The notes: a model not told the origin generated them from the letters alone. Positions 49,076 to 62,424 are shown, counted from the first letter of the whole stretch. The stretch is DNA of 63,945 bases, filler included, from Lama guanicoe (GCA_013239625.1; 102 parts of 102 records of this genome joined end to end with filler, not necessarily neighbours in it); one strand, 5' to 3'. Translations and numbers: made by a program.

Positions 49076-51664
49076 TGGAGCTTTTCTTTTAACTAACNNN
49101 NNNNNNNNNNNNNNNNNNNNNNNNNNNNNNNNNNNNNNNNNTTAATTAATTAANNNNNNNNNNNNNNNNNNNNNNNNNNNNNNNNNNNNNNNNNNNNAAA
49201 AGGGGCTATCCTGGTCCCGCTAATCAAAGATAATAATTAACACGTTGACATCTTTTTTCTATCATTTCGTCATTGAGTATCACCTCTGTCATAAAAAACC
49301 AGATAGCACTCTGTGACTGTTTTCTGTGTGGACACCTCCAGTTTCCATTCGGCTTATTATATATTTTTCTACAATATTCTATCTCGCCTGGTGTGATTTT
49401 TGATGACCAGTATAGCATTCTGTCTTGTGGAGGTATCATCCATTTTACTTCGGACTTAAATAAACTTTTAAATTCCAAGTATACTTAACTGAAACACAGA
49501 AAAGATAACTGTGGTGGTACAGGAAGGCCCCTACCTCCCTTCCCCTTATTTCCTGNNNNNNNNNNNNNNNNNNNNNNNNNNNNNNNNNNNNNNNNNNNNT
49601 TAATTAATTAANNNNNNNNNNNNNNNNNNNNNNNNNNNNNNNNNNNNNNNNNNNNGGGTGTAGGGTTCCAGGTTCTGTGGAAATGGTTAGATTGTGCGTA
49701 AATCAAAAGTAAATCTGCAGTCACCTCCCCAACCCAGAGTGGGAGAAACTTCAGGGGGCAGTTTCAGGCAGTTCACTCTACCCATCCGAGCCTCAGCTTC
49801 CCCATCTTTAAGATGTGAGGATCTGATCATTCAGATGATTTCTGAGGCCCTCTGCTACAGTTAAAGGAAGGATTCCATCACCAAGGGGATCATGCCATCC
49901 CTGGTTCCCGGCACTGCCTTATCCCCTCTGCCCTCAGCCTTCACTGGTTTCTGCAGGTGCTCACTGCACAGCTTGCTGCCCCTTCTTCCCCCTCCCCAGC
50001 CCCAATTCAAGAACAGTCCTTAGTGGGTAGGGGGGATGTTGTAAGATGTCCCTGGGAGCCTGAGGACCTGCGTGGAGACCATGCTCCTGGCACCACCTGG
50101 GCCTCTCTCTCAACCTGCATCTCATTCNNNNNNNNNNNNNNNNNNNNNNNNNNNNNNNNNNNNNNNNNNNNTTAATTAATTAANNNNNNNNNNNNNNNNN
50201 NNNNNNNNNNNNNNNNNNNNNNNNNNNTTTCCTCCAATTGCTATTGTTGCATTAGTTGTGATGAACAACCCATATATTTTGATTAGCATATCTTCATTTT
50301 GATTACGCTTATCTCACAATTCTGAAAGTGCACAGGACAGTGTCTCTTACGCAAATGAGGCTTCTAAGGGTTCTCAGATCTGCATTCTGCTCTATGTCAT
50401 TTTGGAGTGTTTCCAAAACAGCAAACTGAGAGTGCGCTTGTGCTTTGTAGTGCCACGGGAATGTGCCAATGAAAGCAGATCTTTCCAGAGCTTCTCTGTC
50501 TACTGAAACACCAGTGGAAGCACATCCATGGATGTCACACATCAGGGCTTGCTGGAATGTTCCCACAGACCTACCTTGGTGTCTTCTGTGACGTAATGTG
50601 CCGGTGCCATCCAAAACGTAGCATCCGCTTTTGAGGGATTGTGCTTAAAGTAATGCTGCCTCTTCTCACGATGTGGACTTGGACCACTCTTCCCTGTCCT
50701 CTCATCCTTGTGGCATGGGTGCACGAAGGCAACCACAGAGCTGTTGCGCTTCCTATGCCTCAAACCAAACAATAATCCCAGCCCAGGTTAGGAATCTAGC
50801 AGATCATAAGGCTTTTCATTCTGATTTCAAACCCAAGGCCCCCTGNNNNNNNNNNNNNNNNNNNNNNNNNNNNNNNNNNNNNNNNNNNNTTAATTAATTA
50901 ANNNNNNNNNNNNNNNNNNNNNNNNNNNNNNNNNNNNNNNNNNNNAATTGGTGTGTGACAAGGCAAATGAAGCCCACGAGCATGTCTCAGAAGCGGAGAG
51001 GCCACAAGAAAGGAGAGGACGGAACAAATGAGCCGAGTGCAACTGCGTTTCACCGCGAGACGGAGCAACGAACTTTGTCCCTGCTTCCCGTTTCCAAATG
51101 CTTTGTGACACTTGATTATCCACAAAATTCCCTGCTGAAGGCTTCAAATAAGCAACTTTCCCCTTGAGTCTTTTTGAATGTGTTTAGTTCCTGCAACTGA
51201 AAACATCAACACATGTCTGTTTAGCCTTGAATACTCAACTTATATATAAAGAAAAAAATAATAAATCTTTGAGTCAGGAAGAACTAGAGCAATGGCTGGC
51301 TAGAGAAAGGAAGATAGAAATACATCCTTAATATAAAATATAAATGTGTGTGTGTTCATATATATAATATATGTATATGTGTACATACACACACACACGT
51401 ATATACACATCTGTACACATGCGAACTTAAGTTTTCTTAATTTTGAAAATTTTGGCTCTGTGAGGTAGTCCTGAGAACATCCTCCATCTTTACGTCAGCC
51501 AGATTCTTAATTGATACTGTAATTACCATTGCTACTACCACTTATACTAGTGTTAAGAAAATAAGTCCCTTTTATCTCACAACACTGCAGTGTTTGAATG
51601 CCTTTCTCACGCAGCTCCCTCTTCAGCTGAGTCCCTTGGAAAGGGAATTGAGAAACTGAGAAAA

Positions 51665-51760
51665 CATTTTTATTCCCTTTAGACAGGTGAGGAGACTGAG
51701 CCTCACAGAATCAAATATTCTGACTCTAGATCAGCTGTGTCCTTTCCATTACATCACAGA
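51665..51760 (+). mobile_element. MIR fragment
   Basis: ttattccctttagacaggtgaggagactgagcctcacaga...tctgactctaga...ctttccattacatcaca. Confidence 0.6.
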
Positions 51761-51971
51761 AAAATTCCATATAACTTTTCAGCTCAAATTACTTCTAAAT
51801 TGAAAAACNNNNNNNNNNNNNNNNNNNNNNNNNNNNNNNNNNNNNNNNNNNNTTAATTAATTAANNNNNNNNNNNNNNNNNNNNNNNNNNNNNNNNNNNN
51901 NNNNNNNNTGCTTTGTGCATCTGTACATAAAGTAACAAAACAGAGAAAAAGACCTTACTAAAGATAATTTA

Positions 51972-52131
51972 GGGGGGAGGATATAGCTCAAGTGGAAGAT
52001 CATGTTCTTAGCATGCACAAGGGCCTGGGTTCAATCCCCACTATTTCTTCTAAAAATAAAATAAATAAATAAAAACCTAATTACCACCCCACAGCAAACA
52101 ATTAATTTATTACTTTAATTAAAAGTTAGAA
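51972..52131 (+). mobile_element. Full-length Vic-1-like tRNA-derived SINE with target-site duplication
   Basis: gggggggaggatatagctcaagtgg...ttagcatgcacaagggcctgggttcaatcccc...aataaaaacctaattaccacccc; TSD aaagataatttag at 51960-51972 and 52132-52144. Confidence 0.92.
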
Positions 52132-52429
52132 AAAGATAATTTAGTGCAGGCTTATGAGGCTACAAGAGCTACAATCAATGCCCCCACCCATTAATTTAGA
52201 AGTCTCACAGTATTTCTCAACATTAAGGCTAAAATATAAATGAGAACACTTCCTGATGGTCAGCATCATTTTAACAAAAGTGTAGATAATTACGTCCCTG
52301 GTGTCAAATTTCTGTCAGAGTTGGGCATGNNNNNNNNNNNNNNNNNNNNNNNNNNNNNNNNNNNNNNNNNNNNTTAATTAATTAANNNNNNNNNNNNNNN
52401 NNNNNNNNNNNNNNNNNNNNNNNNNNNNN

Positions 52430-53015
52430 TCTGTCCCTGGGACTTCCTGCTTACACCCCTAGCCTTCCCGGACATAGAGACACTTGGAAAACCCTAAGGA
52501 GAGAAGAGTTTTGCAATTCCGTTATAACCCAGTCGTTGCCCACTGTTAGTGGAACCTCCCCACCGTCAGGATTCCAGAACAATTGTCAGTGCGTCGGGGA
52601 GGTGGAGAGACAACTCCACGCATCTCTCTTCAGTCACAGGTGTTCCCTGTTCGGGGAAGTCCGAGAAATAACTTCCCTGAACTTGGGGAGGCAGCCTCTG
52701 TCCCTGGGACTTCCTGCTTACACCCCTAGCCTTCCCGGACATAGAGACACTTGGAAAACCCTAAGGAGAGAAGAGTTTTGCAATTCCGTTATAACCCAGT
52801 CGTTGCCCACTGTTAGTGGAACCTCCCCACCGTCAGGATTCCAGAACAATTGTCAGTGCGTGGGGGATCTCGAGACAACTCCACGAAGCTCTCCTCAGTC
52901 ACAGGTGTTTCCTGACCGGTGAAGTCCGAGAAATATCTTTCCTGACGTTGGGGAGGCAGCCTCTGCCCCTGGGACTTCCTGCAACAACCCTAGCATTCCC
53001 TGGCACAGAGACATT
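52430..53015 (+). repeat. Satellite A (diverged variant)
   Basis: About 2.2 monomers with a contig-specific variant block repeated. Confidence 0.96.
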
Positions 53016-53115
53016 NNNNNNNNNNNNNNNNNNNNNNNNNNNNNNNNNNNNNNNNNNNNTTAATTAATTAANNNNNNNNNNNNNNNNNNNNNNNNNNNNN
53101 NNNNNNNNNNNNNNN

Positions 53116-54061
53116 AAACCCAGGGGAGACGAGCTTAGGTATTCCGTTAGAACCCACGCGCTGCTGAACGTTGTTTGAACCACCCCACGCTCAGGATTCC
53201 GGAACCATTGTCAGTGCGTGGGAGCTCGAGAGACAACTCCTCGCAGCTCTCTTCAATCACAGGTGTTCCCTGTTCGGCGAAGTCCGAGAAATACCTTCCC
53301 TGAAATTGCTGAGGCAGCCTCTGTCACTGGGATATCCTGGAAACCCTCTAGCATTCCCTGGCAGTGAGACATTAGGAAAAAACCCAGGGGAGACGAGCTT
53401 AGGCATTCCGTTAGAATCCACGCGCTGCCGACCGTTGGTGGTACCTCCCCAAGCTCAGTATTCTGTAACCATTGTCAGTGCGTGGGGAGCTCGAGAGACA
53501 ACTCCACGCAGCTCTCTTCAATCACAGGTGTTCCCTGTTCGGCGAAGTCCGAGAAATACCTTCCCTGAAATTGCTGAGGCAGCCTCTGTCACTGGGATAT
53601 CCTGGAAACCCTCTAGCATTCCCTGGCAGTGAGACATTAGGAAAACCCTCAGGGGAGACGAGCTTAGGCATTCCGTGGGAACCAACGCGCTGCCGACCGT
53701 TGGTGGTACCTCCCCAAGCTCAGTATTCTGTAACCATTGTCAGTGCGTGGGGAGCTCGAGAGACAACTCTAAGCAGCGCTCTTCAGTCACAGGTGTTCCC
53801 TGTTCGGGGAAGTCCGAGATTACTTTCTCTGTCCTTGGGGAGGCAGCCTCTGTCACTGGGATATCCTGCAACCACCCCCAGCATTCCCTGGCACAGAGAT
53901 ATTAGGAAAACCCTCAGGGGAGACGAGCTTAGTCATTCCGTTAGAACCCACGCGCTGCCGACGGTTGGTGGAACCTCCCCACTCTCAGGAATCCAAAACC
54001 ATTTTCAGTGCATGGGGGATCTCGAGAGACAACTCCACGCAGCTATCTTCAATCACAGGTG
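53116..54061 (+). repeat. Satellite A
   Basis: About 3.5 monomers. Confidence 0.97.
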
Positions 54062-54522
54062 NNNNNNNNNNNNNNNNNNNNNNNNNNNNNNNNNNNNNNN
54101 NNNNNTTAATTAATTAANNNNNNNNNNNNNNNNNNNNNNNNNNNNNNNNNNNNNNNNNNNNATGTTCAAGTAGAAGTTTCCATAAATATATTTGTAGCAT
54201 TTCTTAATAAAAACATGATTACAATTTGACAAAGCTGGGCAGAAACAAGTCAAAGCAAGTTTATTTTCGGTGGAGGTGAGGCGTGTGTTGTACATACTGA
54301 CCACGTCGCAGGATGCTTCCCACAGCAGGAGTACGGCTCCGCCAGTGTCATGGTGAGTGATCTCTCTCAGGATTGTTTCCTCTCTTGTTCAAAAGGCTGA
54401 GAGCTGCTTTCTGCAGTTCCCCNNNNNNNNNNNNNNNNNNNNNNNNNNNNNNNNNNNNNNNNNNNNTTAATTAATTAANNNNNNNNNNNNNNNNNNNNNN
54501 NNNNNNNNNNNNNNNNNNNNNN

Positions 54523-54848
54523 ACCTGGGATCTAATAGAATCTCTTGGATTGACATGCCTGATTATTTCCTATGGCCGCGATGTGAGTTAAGGTGGGGTT
54601 GGGAACTAAATCAAAGTAATAGCGAGTGCCTCTCTATGAGCAGTGGAAGTGTTTACCTACATCCCCAACCTGGGAACACCTGTGATCCAATAAGTAAAGG
54701 TTGACTTTATTTCCCCACCTCCAGGAAACACATGAAGAAATTTTCTGGTATCCTGAGTGTGGGGAGGATCCTCCAACTGACAGCAGTACTTGGGATCTTA
54801 TAGAATCACTTGGCTTGACTTCCCTGAGTGTTCCATAGGCCGGGCTTT
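54523..54848 (-). repeat. Satellite C
   Basis: acctgggatctaatagaatc...aaagtaatagcgagtgcctctctatgagcagtggaagtgttt matches 29980-30110. Confidence 0.92.
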
Positions 54849-54948
54849 NNNNNNNNNNNNNNNNNNNNNNNNNNNNNNNNNNNNNNNNNNNNTTAATTAA
54901 TTAANNNNNNNNNNNNNNNNNNNNNNNNNNNNNNNNNNNNNNNNNNNN

Positions 54949-55377
54949 ATTTAGAATATAGTATGTAGAACACAGTATAAAGATTATAGAATACGGATTG
55001 CAGAATTTAGAATGTAGAATATATAATGAAAACACAAAATATACAATATATAATAGAGAATATAGAAGCCAAAAATTAGAACATGTAATGCAGAACACAG
55101 AATTTAGAATATACAATACAGAATACTGAATAGAGAATTTAAAAAAAGAATGTAGAAAACAGAATTTATAATATAGAATACAGAAAAATGAATAGAGTAT
55201 TTAGAATATAGAATGTAGAACACAGAATATAGAAGATAGAAAAGAAGATATAGAACCCAGAATTTACAACATGGATTACAGAACACAGAATTTAGAATAT
55301 AGTATACAAAATACTTAATAAACAATTTAAAAATTGAATGTAGAACACAGACTATAGAATATAAAATACATAATACT
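54949..55377 (+). repeat. Satellite D
   Basis: TAGAATA-type heptamer array. Confidence 0.95.
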
Positions 55378-55778
55378 NNNNNNNNNNNNNNNNNNNNNNN
55401 NNNNNNNNNNNNNNNNNNNNNTTAATTAATTAANNNNNNNNNNNNNNNNNNNNNNNNNNNNNNNNNNNNNNNNNNNNGTGAGCATTTAAAATATTTTAGT
55501 GTACTTCTTTTCAGAGTTAAATTTGTTTTCCAAAATTTACCTGATCTGGATGTTTGTAAATCCTTCATTCCTCCTGTTTTATTAAGAACAGAATCTCACT
55601 TCAACTGTAGGCTGAATGGGTTTTGAAACAAACAGATTAATAAATAATGTACATTTGATATAATCTGTAGTAATAATTNNNNNNNNNNNNNNNNNNNNNN
55701 NNNNNNNNNNNNNNNNNNNNNNTTAATTAATTAANNNNNNNNNNNNNNNNNNNNNNNNNNNNNNNNNNNNNNNNNNNN

Positions 55779-56094
55779 AAATTATCTACTTAATGACTGT
55801 GAGCACAAGGCCCCCTGACCTTCTGGCACCTAGGGATTGATAGTGCTGACCGCACTGTTACCTGGCCATCTACCAGAGAATTCTGCATGAGTTAGTCACA
55901 TACCCTGCGACCCACCTCCCTTACCTGGCCTTTCACTATGCTTTGCTGAAACCCTTCAGGGAGGGCCGGGTTTTTGTCAGGCATGAGCCACCCCATCCTC
56001 CTTGCTGGGCCCTGTAATAAACCCTTCTCTGCTCCAAACTCCGATTTCTTTGTCCTCACAGTGCATCAAGCACAGGAACTTGCGTTCAATAACA
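55779..56094 (+). mobile_element. ERV LTR, 3' part (U3/R/U5)
   Basis: gctttgctgaaacccttcaggga...gcatgagccaccc...AATAAA (56016) cccttctctgctccaaactc...terminal aataaca. Confidence 0.7.
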
Positions 56095-56820
56095 AGCTGT
56101 CTTTTTCTTTTGTTTGTTTGTTTGTTATTTGTAAATTTATAAAATGAAACATTTTATTTACATTTTTTTGAAAGCTGTGTTATACTCTTAGTCACCCATG
56201 AGACTGTTGAATTGGCCATTGGTTTCTCGGCCTTGTCATTCTCCCTTTTCTCACACCATTCTTTCTTTTTCTTCCTGTCTGGTGTTAATTTCTTGCTCCC
56301 ATCTCTCTCCTCCTTCCTATCTCCACAATTTTCTCTGTTTCCCATCCACTCTCTCTCCCTGTTGATCTCTCTTCTCCATCTCTTTCTTTAATTTTTCCTC
56401 TTCCTTCTTCTTTTTCTCCTCTTCCCCTTCTGTTTCCCTTCGCCTCCTTTTTGTTTTCTCTATACTCTCCTAGTCTCTATTACTCTAATGAACTCTGAGA
56501 CACAATGTTCAGTATTTTAAAAGATTTTTACAAATTAATGATCACAAACCATGTGCTAAGTATCACATTAGATGCTGGGGAATAAGGTACAGCAGTGTCA
56601 TGAAGTATCTGTCCTCACTTCCTCACAAAGCTTAGAATCTGCTAGAGAACAGTGTCTTTATTCTACCAAAGAAGACAAGTGTGAAGCCAAGAGTTATGAT
56701 GTTAACTAATCCACATCAATNNNNNNNNNNNNNNNNNNNNNNNNNNNNNNNNNNNNNNNNNNNNTTAATTAATTAANNNNNNNNNNNNNNNNNNNNNNNN
56801 NNNNNNNNNNNNNNNNNNNN

Positions 56821-57260
56821 CACAAAATTTAGAATAGAGAATATAGAATCCAGAATTTAGAACATGGAAAGCAGATCACAGAATTTAGAATATACAATAC
56901 CGAGTACTAAATATAGAATATGAATATGCAATGTAGAACACAGAATTTAGAATATAGAATACAGAATACTGAATATAGAATTAGGAATATACAATGTAGA
57001 ACACAGAGAATAGAATATAGAATACGGAATGCAGAATATAGAATACAGAAAATAGAATGTAGAACACAAAATATAGAATATGGAATACTGAATACAAAAC
57101 CCAGAATTGAGAACATGGAATGCAGAACACAGAATTTAGAATATAGAAAACAGAATACTGAATATAGAATATCGAATATAGAATGTAGAACACAAAATTT
57201 AGAATATAGAGTAAAGAATACTGAAGATAGATTTTAGAAGATAGAATGTAGAACACAGAA
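56821..57260 (+). repeat. Satellite D
   Basis: TAGAATA-type heptamer array. Confidence 0.95.
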
Positions 57261-57360
57261 NNNNNNNNNNNNNNNNNNNNNNNNNNNNNNNNNNNNNNNN
57301 NNNNTTAATTAATTAANNNNNNNNNNNNNNNNNNNNNNNNNNNNNNNNNNNNNNNNNNNN

Positions 57361-57877
57361 TTCTGAGTGTGGGGAAGATCCTCAAACTGACAGCAGCCCC
57401 TGGATTCTAATACTATCCCTTAGCTTCTGTTCCCTGAGTGTTCATTTAAGCCAGGCCACGAGGGAAAGCTGGGGGTTGGGCTTGGAGGTCACGTAGCAGT
57501 GAGTGCCCCCTTATCCATTGAGGAATTACTAAAAGGACTTCTCCCTAATCGGAACACCTTTTCCTTCATTCATCTGGGTGGTGTGCGGCTGCACATCTCT
57601 CCCACACCTAAGAATGTGTTCTGGAATTCTGAGTGCAGGGAAGTTCCTCCAACTGACAGCAGCGCCTGGGTTCTAATTGAATCCCTTTGCTTGTCTTCCC
57701 TGATGGAAAGCCTAGGCGGGAGTGCGGGGGAAAGTGTGGTTTGGGCTCCGAAACCAAGTATTTGCGATGACCTCTCTATGGTTTGTGGAGGTGTTTAAAC
57801 TACATCCCTAACCTGGGAACAGATGTGAACCCTTAAAGATCCGTGGAGTCTGTTTCCACACCTCCAGCACACACACG
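57361..57877 (-). repeat. Satellite C, diverged copy
   Basis: ttctgagtgtggggaagatcctcaaactgacagcagc twice; ends cctccagcacacacacg. Confidence 0.88.
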
Positions 57878-57977
57878 NNNNNNNNNNNNNNNNNNNNNNN
57901 NNNNNNNNNNNNNNNNNNNNNTTAATTAATTAANNNNNNNNNNNNNNNNNNNNNNNNNNNNNNNNNNNNNNNNNNNN

Positions 57978-58937
57978 ATCCTGAGCGTGGGGAGGTTCCA
58001 CCAACGGTCGGCAGCGCCTGGGATCTTACTGAATTGCAAAGCTCGTCTCCCCTGAGGATTTTCCTAATGTCTCTGTGCCAGGGAATGCTAGGGGGGTTTG
58101 AAGGAAGTCCCAGTGGCAGAGGCTGCCTCTCCAAGGTCAGGAAAGGTATTTCTCGGACTTCCCCGGACAGGGAACACCTGTGACTGAAGAGAGCTGCGTG
58201 GAGTTTTCTCTCGAGCTCCCCCAAGCAATGATAATGGTTCCGGAATTCTTACCGTGGGGAGGTACCTCTATTGGTCGGCACCGCGTGTGTTCTAACGGAA
58301 TGCCTAAGCTCGACTCCCCTGAGAATTATCCCAATGTCTCTGTGCCAGGGAAAGCTTTGGGGTTTTGCAGGAATTCTCAGTTTCAGAGGCTGCCTTCCCA
58401 ATGTCAGGGAAGTTATTTCTCGGACTTCCCCAAACAGGAAACACCTGTGACTGAAGAGAGCTGCGTGGAGTTGTCTCTCGAGCTCCCCCACGCACTGACA
58501 ATGTTTCCGGAATCCTGAGCGTGGGGAGGTACCACCAATGGTCGGCAGTGCGAGGGTTCTAATGGAATGCCTAAGCTCGTCTCCCTGAGTGCTTTCCTCA
58601 TATCTCTGTGCCAGGGAATGCTAGGGGGGTTTGCAGGACGTCCCAGGGACAGAGGCTGCCTCCCCAAGGTCAGGGAAGTTATTTCTCGGACTTCCCCAAG
58701 CAGGGAACACCTGTGACTGAAGAGAGCTGCGTGGAGCTCTCTCTCGAGCTCCCCCACGCACTGACAATGGTTCCGGAATCCTGAGCGTGGGGAGGTTCCA
58801 CCAACGGTCGGCAGCGCGTGGTTTCTAACGGAATGCCTTAGCTCGTCTCCCCTGAGGGTTTTTCTAATGGCTCTGTGCCATGGGAATTCTAGGGTTTTTG
58901 CAGGAACTCCCAGGGACAGAGGCTGCCTCCCCAAGGT
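57978..58937 (-). repeat. Satellite A (mixed monomer types)
   Basis: About 3.6 monomers. Confidence 0.97.
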
Positions 58938-59167
58938 NNNNNNNNNNNNNNNNNNNNNNNNNNNNNNNNNNNNNNNNNNNNTTAATTAATTAANNNNNNN
59001 NNNNNNNNNNNNNNNNNNNNNNNNNNNNNNNNNNNNNGAATTTTACATATTGCACAAGTACTCTGAAAAGCACTATACCATGGAAGACAAAAAAACAGCT
59101 ATGGAAACTAGGAAAAAAACTAGCTATGGAAACATCGTATATAAACACTTTTTCTGTTGCCATCTGC

Positions 59168-59281
59168 GATGGATGGATGGATGGATGGGTGAGTGGGTGG
59201 GTGGATGGATGGATGGAAGGGTGAGTGGGTAGATAGGATGTATGGGTGGATGGATGGAAGGGTAAGTGGATGGATGGGTGG
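59168..59281. repeat. (GGAT/GGGT)n simple repeat
   Basis: Degenerate tetranucleotide run. Confidence 0.9.
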
Positions 59282-60014
59282 TTCTAAAGACAGACATTAA
59301 AAAAGGATTAGGGAAAAATGCAGAAAAATGTTAATGCTGGTCATAGGTGACTTTTTCATTAAAAATTCTAAGAATTCTAGGCTGAGTATGTTTCACATTA
59401 TATTAAATAACAAGCAAACTAAACCAAGTTATGTTGTAATGTGGAGGTGGTATTAGCAGCCCTCGCCTCCCACATGAGGCATGAACAGCATTTGTCCAAC
59501 TCATACTGGGAGACACTGGGAATTTTCAGTCATGCTGCATCTTGCTACAGCTGCATCCTTTCTCTTTCCTCTACCTTCTTTTCCTCTCAAAACCCATCAC
59601 AACTGAGTCAGCCTCCTGGCCCAGTTGGCATCATTCTGAGACCAACAGTGGCACCAAAGAACTTTTGGGGGAAGGACCAAGAATCACAAAATTTGAGAGC
59701 TGAAAGGGGCCTCAGAAACCATCTCATCCAAGACAGTTACTCTTCCCCTCCCTCCTACCTTCTTTTCTCTCTCCCTTGTCATTCATTCACNNNNNNNNNN
59801 NNNNNNNNNNNNNNNNNNNNNNNNNNNNNNNNNNTTAATTAATTAANNNNNNNNNNNNNNNNNNNNNNNNNNNNNNNNNNNNNNNNNNNNGGAATTCTAC
59901 AGCCTCAGAGTAGCCTGAAGATCTCTTCTGAGAGTCACATGTTACAAGGAGAGTTACATTACACTCAGCCTGTAGGCATACTGGCTAAGCATTTGTTATG
60001 TACTTGCACTGATC

Positions 60015-60165
60015 GTTGCAATAATCCTAAAATGCAAGTAACATTTTTATCCCCATGTTGCAGGCAAGGAAACTGGGGTTCAGTGAGGTCAAATAGTTTG
60101 CTCAAGGTCAGCTACTCAGTGACTGAGTGTGCACCTTTAATCCCTAAGTTACATTGCCTCCCTAT
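60015..60165 (+). mobile_element. MIR fragment
   Basis: ttatccccatgttgcaggcaaggaaactggggttcagtgaggtcaaatagtttgctcaaggtca (MIR core). Confidence 0.75.
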
Positions 60166-60553
60166 GTGAAGTTTTTCCAAAAAAGTAAAAACAAATTAAA
60201 TATGTTTGATTTGATACTTCAGCTAAGTTTCAAATTTTCTGTTTTATTCAAACTCTTCCCTTTCTGCTTTTTATCTCCCTGGATGCTTTTAGGCATTTGA
60301 TTTCCCATCATCAGATAAGAAGAAATAAAAGGAAATACTATTTAACCACATAGATTCTCTTCGCTTCTTTTATTACTTAATAATCAAGGAAGCTGTCCCA
60401 ATTGGGTAAAGTAAATCTCAGGGAATTGCCAGATTCCTACTGCACGTCCCTCTNNNNNNNNNNNNNNNNNNNNNNNNNNNNNNNNNNNNNNNNNNNNTTA
60501 ATTAATTAANNNNNNNNNNNNNNNNNNNNNNNNNNNNNNNNNNNNNNNNNNNN

Positions 60554-61221
60554 ACCCACGCGCTGCCGACCGTTGGTGGAACCTCCCCACGTTCAGGACT
60601 CCAGAATCATTGACATTGAGTGGGGGAGCTCGAGAGACAACTCCACGCAGCTCTCTTCAGTCACAGGTGTTCCCTGCTCGGGGAAGTGCGAGAAACACCT
60701 TCCCTGACTTTGGGGAGGCAGCCTCATTCACTGGGATTTCCTGCAACCCCCCCTAGCAATCCCTGGCACAGAGATATGAGGAAAACACTCAGGGGAGGCG
60801 AGCACAGGCATTCCCTTACAACCCACGTGCTGCCGACCGTTGGTGGAACCTCCCCACGCTCAGGATTCCGGAACCATTGTCATTGAGTGGGGGAGAACGA
60901 GAGACATCACCACGCAGCTCTCTTCAGTCACAGGTGTTCCCTGCTCGGGGAAGTCCGAGAAATACCTTCCCTGACCTTGGGGAGGCAGCCTCTGTCACTG
61001 GGATTTCCTGCAAACCCTCCTAGCATTCCCTGGAACAGAGACATGAGGAAAACCCTCAGGGGAGACGAGCACAAGCATTCCCTTAGAAACCACACGCTGC
61101 CGACGGTTGTTGGAACCTCCCGACCTTCAGGATTCCGGAACCATTGTCATTGAGTGGGGGAGAACGAGAGACATCACCACGCAGCTCTCTTCAGTCACAG
61201 GTGTTCCCTGCTCGGGGAAGT
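60554..61221 (+). repeat. Satellite A
   Basis: Period 267 (60620 to 60887). Confidence 0.97.
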
Positions 61222-61321
61222 NNNNNNNNNNNNNNNNNNNNNNNNNNNNNNNNNNNNNNNNNNNNTTAATTAATTAANNNNNNNNNNNNNNNNNNNNNNN
61301 NNNNNNNNNNNNNNNNNNNNN

Positions 61322-61784
61322 TCTCTATTCTATATACTGTGTTCTTTTTGTATATATTAAATTCTATTTTTGCTTTCCGTATTCTATATTCTATATTCTG
61401 TGTTGTACATTCTATATTCTAAATTCTATGTACTGCATTCCATGTTGTAAATTATGGGTTCTATATTCTCTATTCTATATTCTATATTCTGGGTTCAACG
61501 TTCTATATTCTAAATTGTATATTCAGTATTCTGTATTCTATATTCTAAATTCTCTATTCTGCATTCGATGTTGTAAATTCTGTCTTCTATATACTCTATA
61601 TTATATTCTATATTCTGTGATCTTCATTCTATAATTTAAATTCTATTTTCTGCATTCCGTTCAGTATTCTATATCCTATATTCTAAATTCTGTGTTCTAC
61701 ATTCTATAGTCTGCATTCCGTACCTTATATTCTATTTTTGTGTTCTACATTCTATAATCTAAATTCTATATTCAGTATTCTGTA
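61322..61784 (-). repeat. Satellite D
   Basis: TATTCTA-type heptamer array. Confidence 0.95.
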
Positions 61785-61884
61785 NNNNNNNNNNNNNNNN
61801 NNNNNNNNNNNNNNNNNNNNNNNNNNNNTTAATTAATTAANNNNNNNNNNNNNNNNNNNNNNNNNNNNNNNNNNNNNNNNNNNN

Positions 61885-62324
61885 TAAGACAGGGCATGAA
61901 AGACTTGAATTCATAAGAGTCCCAGATGGAAAACAAAAGAAAAAGAAACAAAAAATGTCTGAAAATATATCTGTAGAAAAATCAGACTGAAACTTGCTGA
62001 AAGCCAAGAAATTATTATCTATGTGAATTCAGGAATTGCACAGCATCCAAAGGAGGTGGAACCCCAATAGACCTACCAGCAGCTGTATGATTCAAATCAA
62101 CATAGTTCACGAATATCACAGTGATTTAAAATGCACCTGGAGGAAACAACATAGTCACAAGGGAACCTCCAGAGGGGTTTCAGCTGATATCTCGGCAGCA
62201 ATATTGCAGGACAGGGAGGAGTGCCAGGACACAGACCATAACCTGACTGGCCAAATGCAGCCACCTAGGGTAGACTATGCTACATGACCACCATTTCTAA
62301 TAACGGCAGAACTAGAGAATTCCA
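61885..62324 (+). mobile_element. LINE-1 ORF1 fragment (decayed)
   Basis: Remnants ...RKQHSHKGTSRGVSADISAAILQDREECQD...MQPPRVDYAT align with the L1 ORF1p C-terminal pattern (VTYKG.PIRLSADFS.ETLQARREW.D..NLQPRILYPA). Confidence 0.8.
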
Positions 62325-62424
62325 NNNNNNNNNNNNNNNNNNNNNNNNNNNNNNNNNNNNNNNNNNNNTTAATTAATTAANNNNNNNNNNNNNNNNNNNN
62401 NNNNNNNNNNNNNNNNNNNNNNNN

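Noticed and set aside
51972..52045. tRNA gene (also 757-830 and 31990-32066)
   Set aside because: Degenerate stems, SINE tail and a target-site duplication show these are tRNA-derived SINEs
54230..54300. Minus-strand AATAAA (54260-54265) with a T/G-rich downstream tract, like a gene 3' end
   Set aside because: The motif is common by chance and no gene can be identified in a 261-bp contig
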